28,376 bases of DNA from a virus (lineage: Duplodnaviria > Caudoviricetes), in the IMG/VR virus record IMGVR_UViG_3300032608_000410, positions 1-28,376 of that record; one strand, given 5' to 3'. The translations under genes and the position numbers were made by a program. The notes beneath the pieces were generated by a model. The model was not told the DNA's origin, ran no database searches, and saw only the letters and a program-made list of their open reading frames with translations. Below are positions 25,193 to 28,376 of this stretch, one piece after another (position 1 is the stretch's first letter; the number at the start of each line of letters is the position of its first letter).

Positions 25193-26322
25193 TGCCCGTC
25201 ACCGTGCCGAGCTTCGACGCCCTCTGGGATGCATTTAAGGCCGAGGTGCAGTCTCGCGACGCAGACCTCACCGACTGGCTTCCCGGGAGCGCGCTCGACG
25301 CCCTGGCGGGCGCCTCGGCGGTCCTAACGGACGAGATGGTCCGCGCGGTGATCGACGCCTTCGCGGCGCACTTCGTCGACACGGCCGAGGGCGACGACCT
25401 CAGGGCCCTGGCGCTGGACCGGTTCAGCATCGCGTCGAGCACCTTCGAGGCCGCGGCCGCGCGGCTCACCGTGCGGTTCACGACCGCCCTGGGCGTCTAC
25501 GTCGCTATCCCCCAGGGGACGAGCTGCAAGGGCACCGTCGACGGCGAGCAGGTGGAGTTCACCACCGACGCCGCGGCGGGCATCCAGGCGGCCGACTCCT
25601 ACGTCGACGTCGACTGCACCTGCGTCGTCACCGGCACCGCTGGCAACATCGCGGCGAGCGTCCTGGACACCGTCAACGACGGCGCCGGCGTCCCCGGCGA
25701 CCCGGCCATCACCATCTCGCACAGCGAGAGGGCGGTCGGCGGCCGCGAGGACTACACCGACGAGCAGATCCGGGCCTACTTGCGGTCGTATTTCGGCACC
25801 CTGCGCAAGGGCACTGTCGCCGCGGTGGAGTTCGGAGCGAAGCAGGTCCCCGGCGTCTTCTTCGCCACGGCCGACGAGTCGAACATCGCCCCCGGCGACG
25901 GCGGCTACACACTCGTGTACGTGGGCGACGTCGACGGCCGCAGCAACGCGGCCATGGAGACCGCGGTCGGGACCGAGCTCCTGGACTGGCGAGCCTGCGG
26001 ATGCCTCCACACCGTCGACGGCATGGTCCGCGAGGAGATCACGCTCAGCCTGATCGTGTATGTGCCGTCCGCGCTGACCGAGCGCGAGGTCCTGCGGTCC
26101 TCCATCAAAGAGGCGCTGCTCGGCTATACCGACAGCCTCGCGGCCGGCAAGAGCCTGTTCGGGGACAAGGTCCACCATGCGGTCAACGACGTCGACAGCA
26201 ACATCGACCACGTGACCGTCACGGGTTCCGGCGGTCCCTTCGCGGAAATCACGGTGAGCAGTCCCGAGAACTGCCTGCGGGTGACGGAGTCCGGGCTGAC
26301 GATCACCTTCCAGGACGCGTAG
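25192..26322 (+). CDS. Baseplate J-like protein
   Basis: DTAEGDDL, GTAGNIAA, GGREDYTDEQIR and GTVAAV...VPGV motifs. Confidence 0.92.
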   Translation: MPVTVPSFDALWDAFKAEVQSRDADLTDWLPGSALDALAGASAVLTDEMVRAVIDAFAAHFVDTAEGDDLRALALDRFSIASSTFEAAAARLTVRFTTALGVYVAIPQGTSCKGTVDGEQVEFTTDAAAGIQAADSYVDVDCTCVVTGTAGNIAASVLDTVNDGAGVPGDPAITISHSERAVGGREDYTDEQIRAYLRSYFGTLRKGTVAAVEFGAKQVPGVFFATADESNIAPGDGGYTLVYVGDVDGRSNAAMETAVGTELLDWRACGCLHTVDGMVREEITLSLIVYVPSALTEREVLRSSIKEALLGYTDSLAAGKSLFGDKVHHAVNDVDSNIDHVTVTGSGGPFAEITVSSPENCLRVTESGLTITFQDA

Positions 26323-26325
26323 CGG

Positions 26326-26973
26326 ATGGCGCACACGACCGCCCAGCTGCTGGCGCAGATCAAGCGCTACCTACCGGACGAGTACGAGGTCTGGGAGCCC
26401 ATCCTGGCCGGGATGGCGAAGCAGACTCGGCTTGCCCAGCTGATGCGCGACGAGGCCGTCCTGGACGTCACCGTCGGCGGCTCTGACGGCCAGTGGATGA
26501 AGCTGCTTGCCGCCGGCTACGGGGTCTTCAAGATCGAGGGCGAGTCCGATGCCAGTCTCCGGATCCGACTGCGCAACATCGAAGACCAGCTGACGAGGCC
26601 AGCCATCAAGGCGGTGGTCGACGAGCTGCTCGACGAGGCGGGGTCGACTCCGTGCCGGGTTGCCGAGTGGTGGGAGAACGACGTCAGCTGCTGGTGCGAC
26701 GGAACAACCGTCGACGACGGCTACTCGTACTGCGACGAGGCATCGACCGGCGACTACTACAACGTTTTCTTCGTCTTCGTACCGCTGATCGGCGTCCATC
26801 CGGGATTCGGCGCCTCCTGCGACGACGAGGACTACTGCGACGACGAAGCCTACGCCGGCGTCGGGGGGGCACTCTCCGCGACGTACGACGCAATCATCGA
26901 CGAAGTTGAGCGCGTGCGGGCCTCCTGCACCCGTTGGTGGCTCGTGATCGACTTCGCGGGCGACTACATCTAG
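26326..26973 (+). CDS. Probable baseplate wedge protein (P2 gpI / Mu gp48 position)
   Basis: Follows baseplate J; GESDASLRIR motif; Cys/Asp-rich C-terminal half. Confidence 0.65.
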   Translation: MAHTTAQLLAQIKRYLPDEYEVWEPILAGMAKQTRLAQLMRDEAVLDVTVGGSDGQWMKLLAAGYGVFKIEGESDASLRIRLRNIEDQLTRPAIKAVVDELLDEAGSTPCRVAEWWENDVSCWCDGTTVDDGYSYCDEASTGDYYNVFFVFVPLIGVHPGFGASCDDEDYCDDEAYAGVGGALSATYDAIIDEVERVRASCTRWWLVIDFAGDYI

Positions 26974-26985
26974 GAGACGAAGAAC

Positions 26986-28032
26986 ATGACGGCACTTCCG
27001 GCCAGTGGTGGTGGGATCCGCCTGTGGAACGCCTACGAGCGGGTCACCAGCGACGGCCTGAACGACTCGCAGACCATGGGCTTGCAGTTCGTCCTGGATG
27101 CGCTGCTCGGGTCGATGACCTACAACCACGAGGCCCCGGCACCGCGCGACGGGTTCCTCGGGCGGTCGTTCGAACCGTCCTACAGCGGCTCAAACGCGTA
27201 CATCGCCCCTGGCCTGGCCCTGCGGTACGACTCGACGCTGACCGACGACCACGCGCCGCACATCATTCCGCTCTTCAGCGACGACCAGGTCACGCAGGCG
27301 GCTACCAACAACGCCTCCGGCCTCTCCCGGATCGACATCATCTCCATCGGTGTCAACGAGGTCGACGACGAGAGCGCGACGGTCTACATCAAGGACCCGG
27401 CGACGGGGCAGGTGACTGGGCAGACGAAGGATACGCGGCGGCAGTACAGACACACCCTGACGTACACACTGGGCACGCCACACGCGAGTCCGGTTCCCCC
27501 CGCGACGCCGGCGGGCCATCTGCTGGTCTGTCAGTTCACTGTGGTCACCGGTGGATCTGCCATCTCGGACATGATCGACCATCGCGCCCAGCTCCCGCTG
27601 CCGACCGACAAGCTGCCGATGTTCATCTCACACGCCGAATTTCACTGCCTGAATGGCGCCGCCATCGCCGACGAGGCACGCACGGGAACGACCACCCTCG
27701 GCACACTGAAGGTGAACCCCAACGAGCACGACTACGTATGCGCCCTGAAGGGGATCGGTGGCCTCCGGATCGACAAGATGGAGATCTGGGTCAACATGGG
27801 CGCCACGGACGACTCGATCACGCTGGAACTGCGGGAGATCGATCCGGTGACGCCCGCAAACCTGCAGATCGCCACCGTGTCGAAGACCGGCGTGACCGGC
27901 GATTCCTTTGCGGTGGTCGACGTTGACTACGCGCCCGACGAGCGGGACCGGACTTATCTCCTGTGGCTGAAGCTGACACCTGGTGCCCTCGGCGGCGCCG
28001 ATCCCCAGTTCTACGGCGCTCGGTTCCTGTAG
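26986..28032 (+). CDS. Baseplate-attached tail fibre/collar-like protein
   Basis: AGGAG RBS; SRIDII and GTPHASPVPPATPAG motifs seen in fibre N-termini; position after wedge genes. Confidence 0.65.
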   Translation: MTALPASGGGIRLWNAYERVTSDGLNDSQTMGLQFVLDALLGSMTYNHEAPAPRDGFLGRSFEPSYSGSNAYIAPGLALRYDSTLTDDHAPHIIPLFSDDQVTQAATNNASGLSRIDIISIGVNEVDDESATVYIKDPATGQVTGQTKDTRRQYRHTLTYTLGTPHASPVPPATPAGHLLVCQFTVVTGGSAISDMIDHRAQLPLPTDKLPMFISHAEFHCLNGAAIADEARTGTTTLGTLKVNPNEHDYVCALKGIGGLRIDKMEIWVNMGATDDSITLELREIDPVTPANLQIATVSKTGVTGDSFAVVDVDYAPDERDRTYLLWLKLTPGALGGADPQFYGARFL

Positions 28033-28071
28033 AGGGAAACCCGCAGTAGCCAACGTATCCCCTGTCGTCCC

Positions 28072-28376
28072 CTCGGCGACGTCGACGTCCGTCCGGGCCT
28101 GGCGCTCTGGCACGACTCGGCGGCCTCGACCGGTACGACCGGATCACCGCGGCCCCGCTCTACACCAACGACAAGAGCGCGACCCGCTACTTCAAGGATC
28201 CGACGACGCAGGTGATCTCGACGAACAGCGTCGCGACTCGTCGTCGGTACGCGGCACCGCTGACGTACACCGCGGGCACTCCCGGCGGCACCTACCCGGC
28301 GATCCCGGCGGGGCACATTCCGATCGCGAAGTTCAAGGTCGCGGCGGCTGCCGGTTCGATCTCGGATCTGTACGAC
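28072..28376 (+). pseudogene. Broken paralogue of the preceding fibre-like gene, running off the window
   Basis: One frame gives VRPGLALWHDS (cf. IAPGLALRYDS); from 28122 another frame gives GLDRYDRI...SATRYFKDP...TRRRY...LTYTAGTP...PAGH...ISD; that frame has TAG at 28047 and no ATG/GTG/TTG before the homology. Confidence 0.7.

Noticed and set aside
8508-28032. Full reassignment of TAG to an amino acid
   Set aside because: TAG falls at the expected ends of normal-length proteins and does not interrupt them.
17235-28032. Tailocin or extracellular contractile injection system
   Set aside because: Terminase, portal, scaffold and capsid genes are linked upstream, so this is a phage tail.

Overview
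GC-rich tailed phage or prophage segment, read almost entirely on the + strand. From ~5.5 kb to the end it is a complete myovirus morphogenesis module: terS, a short ParB-N gene, terL, portal, head morphogenesis protein, scaffold, major capsid, a repeat-built decoration-like protein, neck genes, sheath, tube, a chaperone with a -1 frameshift, tape measure, Mu/P2-type baseplate genes and a baseplate/fibre protein followed by a broken paralogue. The first 5.5 kb is accessory. It holds a pentapeptide-repeat gene, a sigma4-like regulator, a separately promoted operon of tiny genes ending in an XRE-HTH gene (acr-aca-like layout), an adenine methyltransferase split by an antisense HNH endonuclease that brings a synonymously recoded replacement 5' end, and a 374-bp mirror-symmetric TGTCAC array (origin- or pac-like). 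The strongest unexplained signals are a ~430-nt multi-branched candidate ncRNA between terL and portal, the HNH plus recoded-5'-end cassette, the acr-aca-like operon and an anti-Shine-Dalgarno pseudoknot in the terS leader. All calls come from motifs, gene order and by-eye pairing; no searches were run.
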